Origin: a virus
Taxonomy: Duplodnaviria > Caudoviricetes
Length of the DNA: 26,055 nt
Virus record (IMG/VR): IMGVR_UViG_3300025018_000487
Coordinates: 1-26,055 of that record
Direction: 5' to 3' (one strand)
This document shows positions 1 through 7,207 of the stretch, in pieces (within the stretch, counting starts at the first letter, position 1; every line of letters begins with the position of its first letter). Made by a program: the position numbers and the translations under genes. The notes beneath the pieces are model-generated. The model had not been told where the DNA came from. It worked only from the letters and a program-made list of their open reading frames with translations, and did not search any database.

Positions 1-76
1 GTAGCACTCGCTTGATCTCGGCGGGTAGATGGCGCAGCACTTCTCGGGTGACGGTGGGTGGGATGCGCTCGCTCAT
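1..76 (-). CDS. Hypothetical protein, N-terminal part (runs off the left edge)
   Basis: ATG at 76-74 overlaps the TGA of the 73..408 gene (ATGA coupling); frame MSERIPPTVTREVLRHLPAEIKRVL is open to the edge. Confidence 0.6.
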   Translation of the reverse strand, partial: MSERIPPTVTREVLRHLPAEIKRVL

Positions 77-408
77 GGCTTGATCCCCAAGGCAGCACGA
101 AGGCGACGCATCGCCTCTCGGGACCAGGACGTGTCAGCGAGTCCCATGCGTTCGCCGACGCCTCCCTCGGCTTCGTAGAGCACCCGTTCGATGTGCTCGG
201 TCGTGAGCCTGTCCCCTGGGGCGGGCAAGACGGGGCGCTCGGCCCACCACGTGTACTCGGAGTGCCCGTTCTCGTCCGGGAGCACCGTGTAAGCAACATC
301 GAAGTCGCTGTTGCCTTTGTCGTCCCCGAAGCAAATCCAGCGCTCCATGTCCCCCGTCGGTGGGCTTTCGGGCAGCGGGTGAAGCGTCAGCATCAGCACG
401 TCAGGCAT
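73..408 (-). CDS. Hypothetical phage protein (111 aa)
   Basis: ORF in a chain of overlapping minus-strand genes; purine-rich SD-like sequence upstream. Confidence 0.75.
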   Translation of the reverse strand: MPDVLMLTLHPLPESPPTGDMERWICFGDDKGNSDFDVAYTVLPDENGHSEYTWWAERPVLPAPGDRLTTEHIERVLYEAEGGVGERMGLADTSWSREAMRRLRAALGIKP

Positions 409-586
409 GTGGGCGTCCCCCTTCGTCGGCTACAGTTTGCGCCCACGCAGCTACAGTGAGCGCGAGCCGGTGGATGCCGTCGTGGTCACGGATGACCCGC
501 AGCGCAGCAATGGCAAGGTCGCACCCCGCTTGGCGCAGGGCAGCGTTCTCCCTAGCTAGGAACTGCTCGGAGGTCATGTTAGCCAC
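401..586 (-). CDS. Hypothetical phage protein (61 aa)
   Basis: GTG start with GAGGAGG upstream; overlaps both neighbours by 8 nt. Confidence 0.75.
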   Translation of the reverse strand: MANMTSEQFLARENAALRQAGCDLAIAALRVIRDHDGIHRLALTVAAWAQTVADEGGRPHA

Positions 587-911
587 GGCCTACCTCCTCG
601 ATGGCGCGACGAAGGCGAGCAGCGGCGGCGCAAAAGGACTTCGCCCATTGGCCCTCTAGGACTTCGATGGCAGTCCGCAGGTCGTCCATCGTGAGTGGCC
701 CGTGCTCGCTCTCAACGGGCGGACGAGGGTCACACCACACGGTGGGCTTGCAAGGCCCCTCCATGTCGGGCATCTCGAACTCCCAGGCCCGGCCACTGGG
801 CCAGCACCGAGCCATCCCCTCGTCGGTGAGTACGACCCTGCCAGCCCCTGGCGGGTCAGCCTTCGCGTCGCGCCACAGCACGAAGCCAATCACGGGCAGG
901 TCACTCGTCAT
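579..911 (-). CDS. Hypothetical phage protein (about 110 aa, MTSDLPVIG...)
   Basis: 3' part of the 579..1247 ORF. ATG at 911 preferred because the longer version overlaps 901..1338 and ATG 911 has a purine-rich upstream sequence. Confidence 0.7.
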   Translation of the reverse strand: MTSDLPVIGFVLWRDAKADPPGAGRVVLTDEGMARCWPSGRAWEFEMPDMEGPCKPTVWCDPRPPVESEHGPLTMDDLRTAIEVLEGQWAKSFCAAAARLRRAIEEVGRG

Positions 912-1338
912 CGTCTTCTCCCTTCGCTGGTCCAAGCCGGGGCGGCTCAAGTTCCACGTCCTCTGGTCCTGCGCCCCATGCGGGCTTGGAGCGGTAGGCC
1001 GCACGAGCATCGCCCTTCGTCGTCGGTAGGGTGGCGCGAAGGCGCAGCATCGCCAAGCGAAGCGGCTCGTTCGGCCAATCGGTACGACTCGCGTGGTGCA
1101 GCACCATCTGGACGTCGTCCGGGTCCGGGACGCGGGCTTGCAACTCTCGCAACCGCTCAAGGTACCGCGCGTCGTCTTGCTCGTACTTGGCGAGGGCGGC
1201 TTCGAGCGCCTCGATGCGGTCAGCAATCTTGTACAACCTTTCCCCATCAGGCAGCATGTTTACGTCAATCATGTAGTCATTCTGTGCCAGTGCTATGAGG
1301 AACTCTGCGTCGGTTGAGTCTGCGAAGTTCGTTCTCAC
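901..1338 (-). CDS. Hypothetical phage protein with coiled-coil segment (145 aa)
   Basis: GTG start with GGAAGGA upstream; GTGA overlap with the upstream gene stop. Confidence 0.75.
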   Translation of the reverse strand: MRTNFADSTDAEFLIALAQNDYMIDVNMLPDGERLYKIADRIEALEAALAKYEQDDARYLERLRELQARVPDPDDVQMVLHHASRTDWPNEPLRLAMLRLRATLPTTKGDARAAYRSKPAWGAGPEDVELEPPRLGPAKGEDDDE

Positions 1339-1517
1339 TGCTCATCCTTCCAAGAATGGTAGTCATAGTCAGCCTTCTCGTCTCTGTAGTCGGGTACAAT
1401 CGCCCGGTCCAAATCCGTCTCAGGACGGTGACGATACTCATCCTCGTACACCCTGTCCCAATAGATCTCCCACGTCTCTACTTCATCCATGTATCGGGGT
1501 CCCCACTCATGAGGCAT
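1335..1517 (-). CDS. Small acidic/aromatic hypothetical protein (60 aa)
   Basis: Fills the gap in the gene chain; 19/60 residues are D/E, many W/Y. Confidence 0.65.
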   Translation of the reverse strand: MPHEWGPRYMDEVETWEIYWDRVYEDEYRHRPETDLDRAIVPDYRDEKADYDYHSWKDEQ

Positions 1518-1725
1518 TGTCGCCCACCAGTTGGGTCCAGCCCCGCATCAGTTTGTCCATCGTGTTATCGAAGTGGTCGAAGTCTCGGAAGAAGAACGTC
1601 ACACCACCGAGACGCATGACGTAGACATCCGAACCTTCCACACCGAGAGGCTCCACGTTTACCCCCTCATCGTCCCCGTACAGGTGAACGTTAGCACTGA
1701 TAACAGGCTTCTTATCCATGAACAT
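1507..1725 (-). CDS. Hypothetical phage protein (72 aa)
   Basis: ATG with GGGAG upstream; overlaps both neighbours. Confidence 0.7.
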   Translation of the reverse strand: MFMDKKPVISANVHLYGDDEGVNVEPLGVEGSDVYVMRLGGVTFFFRDFDHFDNTMDKLMRGWTQLVGDNAS

Positions 1726-2662
1726 TTACTCCCATCAACAGGTCATACAGAAGTTCAGCCGATTCCTTTGGGTTCTCCCAAAGGAAATCCTCAACAGCAT
1801 CCTTTCTCAGTGTACCCCACTGCGCTTCCTGGACCAAGTCGTCAACGTTGGAATAGCCCTCGTAGGTACTCTTTGGCCCCCAATAGGAGTCGGCATACTT
1901 CCAAGGTGGACGCTGCTCGACAGAGAACGGGTCTCGACTCACGGGCAATCCTTCCCAGTCTACCAGCACACTGGCCTCAGCCATCTCCATCAGGAACCTG
2001 ACGTCCTGCGTCTCTGACGTTGTGTGCTGGTTGTAATAGCCGATGCTGATGTTGGTACACTCAGGTACCTCATCAATGAACGAGTATGAATCTGTGTACG
2101 CCCCTCCGTTATCAGGTGCTAACACCACTCCGAAACGTTTGTACTCACCGACTAGTGCGTTGGTAAAGTCATCTGAACAACTGCGTTCACCCATTTGGTG
2201 AGTGATGATGCTCGTCTCTCCGTACCTGTCCCAGCATACTACACGGTCCATGCCATCTGCAATGCCGTCCTTGGCTGCGAATGTTGACCCGATGCGTCCC
2301 GACTCCTCCCCTACAAAGAACACGTACTTGCCAGGTACCTTGTTGCGGATCAGGTGCAGAAGGATGACGATACCAGACCGATTATCAGCACCGAGTATTG
2401 TTGCTCCATCTGTGCTGACGTAATCTCCCTTCACGACACGACGTACCTTTGTCATCTGCCTGTCAGCAGTGTCGATGTGTGCGGCAAACAATGTCCTAGA
2501 CGAACCAATCTCTAGGATGTAGTTACCGTGCGAATCCATCTCACACCCCAAATCCGTGAAGAAACTACCGAACCGCTGTTGCTCCGACCCGAAGGGTGAA
2601 GTGTACTTGGTCAGGTAGAAGAAGTCACGGACTGTGACGTGTTGGTTGAGTTTGGGATTGAT
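1712..2662 (-). CDS. Zn-dependent peptidase-like protein (M28/M20/M42 clan); probable non-canonical ATC start at 2662
   Basis: Motifs AHIDT, GADNRSG, GEESG, WDR, YTDS, CTNISIGYYNQH. The frame is open 37 codons upstream of the TTG at 2551, to an ATC preceded by GAGGAGG at 6 nt spacing. Family call is fairly firm; the start is less so. Confidence 0.8.
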   Translation of the reverse strand: MNPKLNQHVTVRDFFYLTKYTSPFGSEQQRFGSFFTDLGCEMDSHGNYILEIGSSRTLFAAHIDTADRQMTKVRRVVKGDYVSTDGATILGADNRSGIVILLHLIRNKVPGKYVFFVGEESGRIGSTFAAKDGIADGMDRVVCWDRYGETSIITHQMGERSCSDDFTNALVGEYKRFGVVLAPDNGGAYTDSYSFIDEVPECTNISIGYYNQHTTSETQDVRFLMEMAEASVLVDWEGLPVSRDPFSVEQRPPWKYADSYWGPKSTYEGYSNVDDLVQEAQWGTLRKDAVEDFLWENPKESAELLYDLLMGVNVHG

Positions 2663-2663
2663 G

Positions 2664-4244
2664 TTAGTCCTCCTCGTCTTCCTCTGGGATGTCTTCGTCG
2701 TCTACGTGGTACCAGTCGTCACCACGGCACACTGCGTTATCAATGTCAACCCACTCGCCGTCGTATTCACCGGCAGTAAGTTGCACAATTTCCACAGTCA
2801 TCGTGGTCCAACGAGGACGATACTCTGGAATGAGGTAGTACACACCATCAGGTTCAGAGTACGCGATGCGGTAGTCATCGGGATGCCCATACCCATACAT
2901 AACGTTACTCAACGAGACTGCATCCTCTGTCGCAATCGTCTCTTCAAACACATCCGTGACATACAGTTCTGAGTAGCAGGACTCACACGTTAGCTCCCCA
3001 TCAGGGGTAGAGAACGCGTAGTCCAGGTGCTCCCGTGTGTTGCAATTAGCGCAACGGAAGTAGTTCTCGTCATCCTCAAACGGAGACACGTTATCTGTAC
3101 TCCGCATCTCACCGAAGAGAGCCTCCGACGAGTTATTTGTCAGGATGTAGTACCCGTCCTCATCAGGAGAAGTGACGACGTACCCAAACGTATCCATGTA
3201 CGGGTAATACTCGTTATCCTTGACGTGGACGTAGTAGTCGTTATCATCTGATAACGCACCATCAATCGTGTGTTCGACCTTGTACACCCACCCCTTATCC
3301 GAAGCGTACTTCATACCAGCACGAACGTGGGCACCACCATCAGACGGGTATATGCGGTCGAGAATCGTCACCTTCTCACCGTGTTTAGAGTTCCGATGTG
3401 CCTCCCAGATTAGAGCACGGCCAACCAGAGCATCCTTCTCGTTCAGGATACGCAGCAGACGCACGTTCTCCTGGTCGTTGTAGAACTTGGTCGCATCCCC
3501 ACTATGCATGCACGAGCCAAAGTATGACTCACGGTACGTCTTGCGAATCTTAGTCCCGCTTACCTCCTCAAACTTGTATTCAGGTAGACGCAGGTTCTCA
3601 CCAACCCAGTTAGAAACCTCCTCGATTTGCTGGTCAGTGAACCGCATCCCGTACTTATGACGCAACATCCCTAGGAACTTAGTCCACCGAGCAGAGTGTC
3701 GCTTAGAGTCCCCGTATCGCTCAGTCGTCGGATTACACTCGTACCAGTGAATGACACGAGGCTCAGCCTGGTCGATGTGGGTAGTATACAGGATGCGGAT
3801 TAGTTGCTTTAACTGTGGGTAATACCAGTGGGCAGCAACTAGGGCACTATTTTCCAGCTCCCAACTCCGCATGTTCACGTTCAGTTGCTCACGAGACTGG
3901 TCAAGCCCCTGCTCTAGCAGCGTCATTACCTTACTGTACGACATGTAGCGGCACGCATCGTAGTCAGCTACTTTGTCGGGGTTTTCTTGGATAAACCATT
4001 CCAGTCGGTTTGCTACCTTGCGACGAAGGCTTCGTGTGTATGCAACTTGAAGGAACGACAACGGCAAGAACTTATGGATGACCCTCCAATCGTACAGTGC
4101 CCACAAAGCCTCAGGAACTTCGTTTGCGACCTTGTTCCGCATGATTGTTTTCATGCAGAAGTTGTTCTTCGCAGCAAAGTCTCTGTTCGCAGGCTCAAGG
4201 TACGGCATGAAGTCGGACAGACGGAAGTGTGTATTGAGGTACAT
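2664..4244 (-). CDS. Hypothetical phage protein (526 aa) with GSCM...GRALIW...LDRIY core, CxxC..CxxC Zn ribbon and acidic tail
   Basis: Long ORF with SD GGAAGGGA; CANC and CESC pairs near the C-terminus. Confidence 0.85.
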   Translation of the reverse strand: MYLNTHFRLSDFMPYLEPANRDFAAKNNFCMKTIMRNKVANEVPEALWALYDWRVIHKFLPLSFLQVAYTRSLRRKVANRLEWFIQENPDKVADYDACRYMSYSKVMTLLEQGLDQSREQLNVNMRSWELENSALVAAHWYYPQLKQLIRILYTTHIDQAEPRVIHWYECNPTTERYGDSKRHSARWTKFLGMLRHKYGMRFTDQQIEEVSNWVGENLRLPEYKFEEVSGTKIRKTYRESYFGSCMHSGDATKFYNDQENVRLLRILNEKDALVGRALIWEAHRNSKHGEKVTILDRIYPSDGGAHVRAGMKYASDKGWVYKVEHTIDGALSDDNDYYVHVKDNEYYPYMDTFGYVVTSPDEDGYYILTNNSSEALFGEMRSTDNVSPFEDDENYFRCANCNTREHLDYAFSTPDGELTCESCYSELYVTDVFEETIATEDAVSLSNVMYGYGHPDDYRIAYSEPDGVYYLIPEYRPRWTTMTVEIVQLTAGEYDGEWVDIDNAVCRGDDWYHVDDEDIPEEDEED

Positions 4245-4280
4245 TACGCAATCCCTTCCGTTAGCAGATGATAACAGACG

Positions 4281-4412
4281 TCATTCTTCGTCGAACTCGT
4301 CTGCATCGAAGTCTTCCCACCAATCTGTGTCCTCGTTGGCGTGTGCCCAGCTCAGTGCGTCCTCAAGCTGCTCGTCAATCCAGTTTGCGTCTTGGAAGTA
4401 GTCGTCACGCAT
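4281..4412 (-). CDS. Very acidic 43-aa protein (absent from the ORF track)
   Basis: MRDDYFQDANWIDEQLEDALSWAHANEDTDWWEDFDADEFDEE*; start overlaps the end of the upstream gene and the ORF fills the gap. Confidence 0.7.
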   Translation of the reverse strand: MRDDYFQDANWIDEQLEDALSWAHANEDTDWWEDFDADEFDEE

Positions 4413-4569
4413 CGTCAATCTCTTCCGCTTCATTCACGCTACCCACAGTCACGTTGAGTTGCCGCAAGTACAGCTCTATGGAACGAGCAGCGTGGTTAGC
4501 AATCTTCCAGGCTTCGGCGAGGCTGTTAGCAGGGATGACAAGGGTGACGTCGACAGTGTAGGTCTTCAT
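4405..4569 (-). CDS. Hypothetical phage protein (54 aa, MKTYTVDVTL...)
   Basis: ATG at 4569 with GGAGGA upstream, 1 nt after the previous stop. Confidence 0.7.
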   Translation of the reverse strand: MKTYTVDVTLVIPANSLAEAWKIANHAARSIELYLRQLNVTVGSVNEAEEIDDA

Positions 4570-4570
4570 C

Positions 4571-4762
4571 TTACCAGTCCTCCAAAGTGGTGCTATCTGG
4601 GAGTACATTCAGCTCAATTGCTTGCCAAGATTCTCCCTCTGGTGCGAGCTCTTGTGCGAGGTCTCTCTCAAACTTAGCGTCTGCTTCGCTCTCGTAAACT
4701 TCGGGCCACAAAATGTAATCCCTCTGAGGGGTAATCCCGCGAAGAAGCCAAACAGTTTTCAT
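4571..4762 (-). CDS. Hypothetical phage protein (63 aa)
   Basis: TGATG stop/start coupling with the upstream gene. Confidence 0.75.
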   Translation of the reverse strand: MKTVWLLRGITPQRDYILWPEVYESEADAKFERDLAQELAPEGESWQAIELNVLPDSTTLEDW

Positions 4763-4983
4763 CAGTCTGCTCCGAGGGTACTCCGCACAATAGTACGGTA
4801 GTCTTTATCAAGTGACACCCAAGAGTGGAAGTTCTCGTCTGTCAGCGCGTCAATCCACTCAAGTTCCAAGTCCAGCAGCACCTCCCGTGCAAGGCTGATC
4901 TTACGTGCGTTGGTTTGGTTCTGCATGTACCTCCACGCTTTCACCATTCGGTCGTAGGTATCATTGAGGACGTCAGTACCCAT
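4762..4983 (-). CDS. Hypothetical phage protein (73 aa, MGTDVLN...)
   Basis: TAATG coupling; SD GGAGG upstream. Confidence 0.75.
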   Translation of the reverse strand: MGTDVLNDTYDRMVKAWRYMQNQTNARKISLAREVLLDLELEWIDALTDENFHSWVSLDKDYRTIVRSTLGAD

Positions 4984-5183
4984 TACTCCCCTCCTACCCA
5001 AAGGTACTCACGAACGATTTGCCCGTTGCAATCCTTATAGAGCAACGGAGCATCGTTGACATGGGCAACGCCGAGGACTTGACACCCGGACTCGGGAACA
5101 CTGATGTACGCCAGCGCGAAAATGGCTGCAACGAGAATCAGGAATAGTGCCCACCTTTCTCGGACAAACCACAGGAAATCCAT
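4983..5183 (-). CDS. Small membrane-anchored protein (start 5183 or 5225)
   Basis: Hydrophobic stretch WALFLILVAAIFALAYISV followed by a short two-Cys domain. Confidence 0.65.
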   Translation of the reverse strand: MDFLWFVRERWALFLILVAAIFALAYISVPESGCQVLGVAHVNDAPLLYKDCNGQIVREYLWVGGE

Positions 5184-5194
5184 TAAGCCACGTA

Positions 5195-5353
5195 TTATCG
5201 CATCCTCACGTAACGCTGCAAGCACTCATTCCACACAGTCCGAACTTTTGGTTGTGCAGAGAACTTAGTCCGCATGTTAGCAGTGATAACAGCCACAGTG
5301 TTGCGTTGTTCATCACGGTCGAGTTGCTGTCGGTTTCGTGGCGTCTGGTACAT
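5195..5353 (-). CDS. Small basic hypothetical protein (52 aa, MYQTPRNR...)
   Basis: ATG at 5353 with SD GGAAGGA, preceded by a palindrome copy. Confidence 0.65.
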   Translation of the reverse strand: MYQTPRNRQQLDRDEQRNTVAVITANMRTKFSAQPKVRTVWNECLQRYVRMR

Positions 5354-5383
5354 GGCAATCCTTCCGTTAGCAGTTGCTAACAC

Positions 5384-5772
5384 CCGCCGAGGACGCTACA
5401 CTCCGGTAATGTGACGTCCCAGGCGGCGAGGAATGTATCTGTGTATTGATACAGTGATGGCCAATCCTACCCCTCCGCACCGCTTTAGCCCCTGGTCCGT
5501 GGCACGTTTGTCAGACGCTACACAGCAGCCGCTAGTTTGCTCTGTCATGCGGAGGTCTATTGTCTGTTATCAGATGATAACGTCATGCTGCCGAGACTAC
5601 CCGGCGCAAGGTTATCCTACTCACGTCCCCACCTACTCCGCTAGATTTCACGCCCGGTCGTCTACTCTGACGGTCCCAAACAGGACAGGGGGTGCTAGCG
5701 TACTCCGTGGTTGCTGCGCTTTCGGTATGTTATCAGTTGCTAACGCTGTGCCAGACGCACTTCCTTTCAACT
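5384..5772 (-). ncRNA. Candidate large structured non-coding RNA or long 5' leader
   Basis: Directly downstream of a TTGACT-17-TATACT promoter; no convincing ORF with an SD. Nested complementary pairs: 5761-5765/5429-5433, 5683-5695/5477-5498, 5666-5671/5510-5515, 5636-5641/5549-5554. 3' hairpin at about 5384-5427. Family not identified. Confidence 0.55.
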
Positions 5773-5778
5773 AACCAC

Positions 5779-5807
5779 AGTATAGCACACGGGACCAATA
5801 GAGTCAA
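5779..5807 (-). promoter_or_regulatory. Sigma70-type leftward promoter
   Basis: TTGACT-17 bp-TATACT with TG extended -10. Confidence 0.8.
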
Positions 5808-5850
5808 ATCTACACGGACCCCGTAAAATAGATCGAGCCTTAAACCTACA

Positions 5851-5935
5851 ATGCCTCTGTCGTGCTCTGCAGTCCCCCTAGGAGGCCCTAGAAACTTTTC
5901 TGAGGGTTAGGACACTAGGGGGACTACCGAGGCAT
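5851..5935. repeat. Long imperfect stem-loop
   Basis: AGTCCCCCTAG (5871-5881)/CTAGGGGGACT (5915-5925); outer ATGCCTC/GAGGCAT; inner AGAAA/TTTCT. Confidence 0.7.
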
Positions 5936-6169
5936 CTTCCTAGGCTTCTCAGAGCCTCAAATCACCTGTTCCGTGATTTGTGGGGAACCATTCACTTCAT
6001 ACGCTACCGCGTCCTCACCCCATCCGAGCAATAGGCGTAGGAAGTAGTCCAGAGCTTGCCGCGTGTTTATCCGGGCAGTAGATCACATGTTTGTTCATCA
6101 TCACTGCTGTCGGTGTTTATTAGCACAAAGGGTGTCCAGGCGGGTTTAGGGCGTTTTACGTGAGTCATG

Positions 6170-6289
6170 TTATCGCCTGCTAACACGTTCCCAGAACGGA
6201 ATGACAATCTCATCCCAGATGTACACTACTCCGACCATGATCCCCAGCACCCCCATGAGCTGCGTCCACAGGTACCACGCCGTCCCCAT
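6170..6289 (-). CDS. 39-aa single-pass membrane peptide (absent from the ORF track)
   Basis: MGTAWYLWTQLMGVLGIMVGVVYIWDEIVIPFWERVSRR*; TAATG coupling with the upstream gene. Confidence 0.6.
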   Translation of the reverse strand: MGTAWYLWTQLMGVLGIMVGVVYIWDEIVIPFWERVSRR

Positions 6290-6480
6290 TAGAGGTGCGT
6301 CGCAGTCACTACCGTGTGGCGTCCCTGCATCTCACGCCGCAGACGGTGGATGTGGTTGCGCCAACTAGCAGACCATCCGTTGACCTCCTCAACGTCCACA
6401 GCGTCCCCATGCCCTTGGGCACACCGGATGATGACGTCCACATCTCGACGTTCCAACCAGCTAAGTTTACGACCGTTCAT
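6289..6480 (-). CDS. Hypothetical phage protein (63 aa, MNGRKLSW...)
   Basis: ATG at 6480 with GGAG upstream; first gene after the 6582-6610 promoter. Confidence 0.7.
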   Translation of the reverse strand: MNGRKLSWLERRDVDVIIRCAQGHGDAVDVEEVNGWSASWRNHIHRLRREMQGRHTVVTATHL

Positions 6481-6581
6481 GGTGCGTCTCCAATCTGTTA
6501 TCAGGTGATAACGTCCGCAGTATAAGTGCGGCAAGATAGACGTCCCCAACACAATGGCGTCCCCAATGCGCTCACAACTAA

Positions 6582-6610
6582 AGTGTAGCGCAGCACAGCG
6601 ATAGAGTCAA
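6582..6610 (-). promoter_or_regulatory. Sigma70-type leftward promoter
   Basis: TTGACT-17 bp-TACACT; shares TTGACTCTAT with the 5779-5807 promoter. Confidence 0.75.
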
Positions 6611-6655
6611 GCCCACAGATATCCTGGTCGATATCATCCGATAACGCTAGACTGT

Positions 6656-6687
6656 CCCTGATAACCTACCCTACCCCCCGTGGTACC
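6656..6687 (+). repeat. Left arm of a 32-bp imperfect inverted repeat
   Basis: CCCTGATAACCTACCCTACCCCCCGTGGTACC matches the reverse complement of 7275-7306 at 28/32 positions. Confidence 0.85.
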
Positions 6688-6694
6688 GCTTAAG

Positions 6695-7207
6695 TTATGA
6701 CTTAGGGACGAGGCTCTGGATGACGTCGGGCACGGTGATACCGGCTGCCACCGCGATGGCGCTAAGCGCGTCGTACGTGGCGCGATCAAGCTTTACTGAC
6801 ACGGTTTCGGCGGCGGCGGCGCTCTTAGGCTTAGGGCGGTTCGCCGGGATGCTATCCCATGCGGCCCGTAGCGCGTCGTCCTCGAGTTGGGTGGCTTTAC
6901 CGTCCGGTCCCTTTGGCTTGCCAAGCGACCGCCACGCGTAAGCGTGGAATGGCGAGTGAGCACCCGTCGCCACAGCGCCCCAGATCTTATGGGACGCTCC
7001 TAACTGCCGCACGGTGCTAGCTTTCGGGCAGGGCAGGATGGCCGCGGGTTCGGACTCCTGCGCCTTGCGCCACGCCGACGCAATCACGTCATACGTAGTG
7101 TCGGCGTCGGTTCGTGCGGTAGCGACGTGACGAGCCAGCGCCCAGTACGCGTCGTTGTTCTTGCCAGAGGTAGTGAGGATGGTCGTAATGATCCTGGTAA
7201 GGCTCAT
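6695..7207 (-). CDS. Putative DNA-binding protein with C-terminal ribbon-helix-helix (CopG/Arc-like) domain (170 aa)
   Basis: C-terminal TVSVKLDRATYDALSAIAVAAGITVPDVIQSLV has the beta-alpha-G-alpha RHH pattern after a PKPKSAAAA linker; ATG at 7207 preferred over 7282. Confidence 0.65.
   Translation of the reverse strand: MSLTRIITTILTTSGKNNDAYWALARHVATARTDADTTYDVIASAWRKAQESEPAAILPCPKASTVRQLGASHKIWGAVATGAHSPFHAYAWRSLGKPKGPDGKATQLEDDALRAAWDSIPANRPKPKSAAAAETVSVKLDRATYDALSAIAVAAGITVPDVIQSLVPKS

Noticed and set aside
2660-2675. prfB-like +1 frameshift fusing the 526-aa protein to the peptidase
   Set aside because: An SD-like sequence precedes the stop, but GAC to ACT offers no tRNA re-pairing; reinitiation at ATC is simpler.
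5384-5772. Group II intron or RNase P RNA
   Set aside because: GTGCG occurs near the 5' end and GTGCCAC/CGGTGCGG resemble RNase P fragments, but I see no domain V/VI, no interrupted gene and no GAGGAAAGUCC/P4 consensus.
5397-5774. ORFs across the candidate ncRNA (5433..5774 plus strand; about 50 codons on the minus strand from ATG 5548)
   Set aside because: No SD; the plus ORF is antisense to the promoter; amino-acid composition is not protein-like.
5851-5935. Hammerhead ribozyme in the stem-loop
   Set aside because: GAAA is present, but there is no CUGANGA core on either strand.
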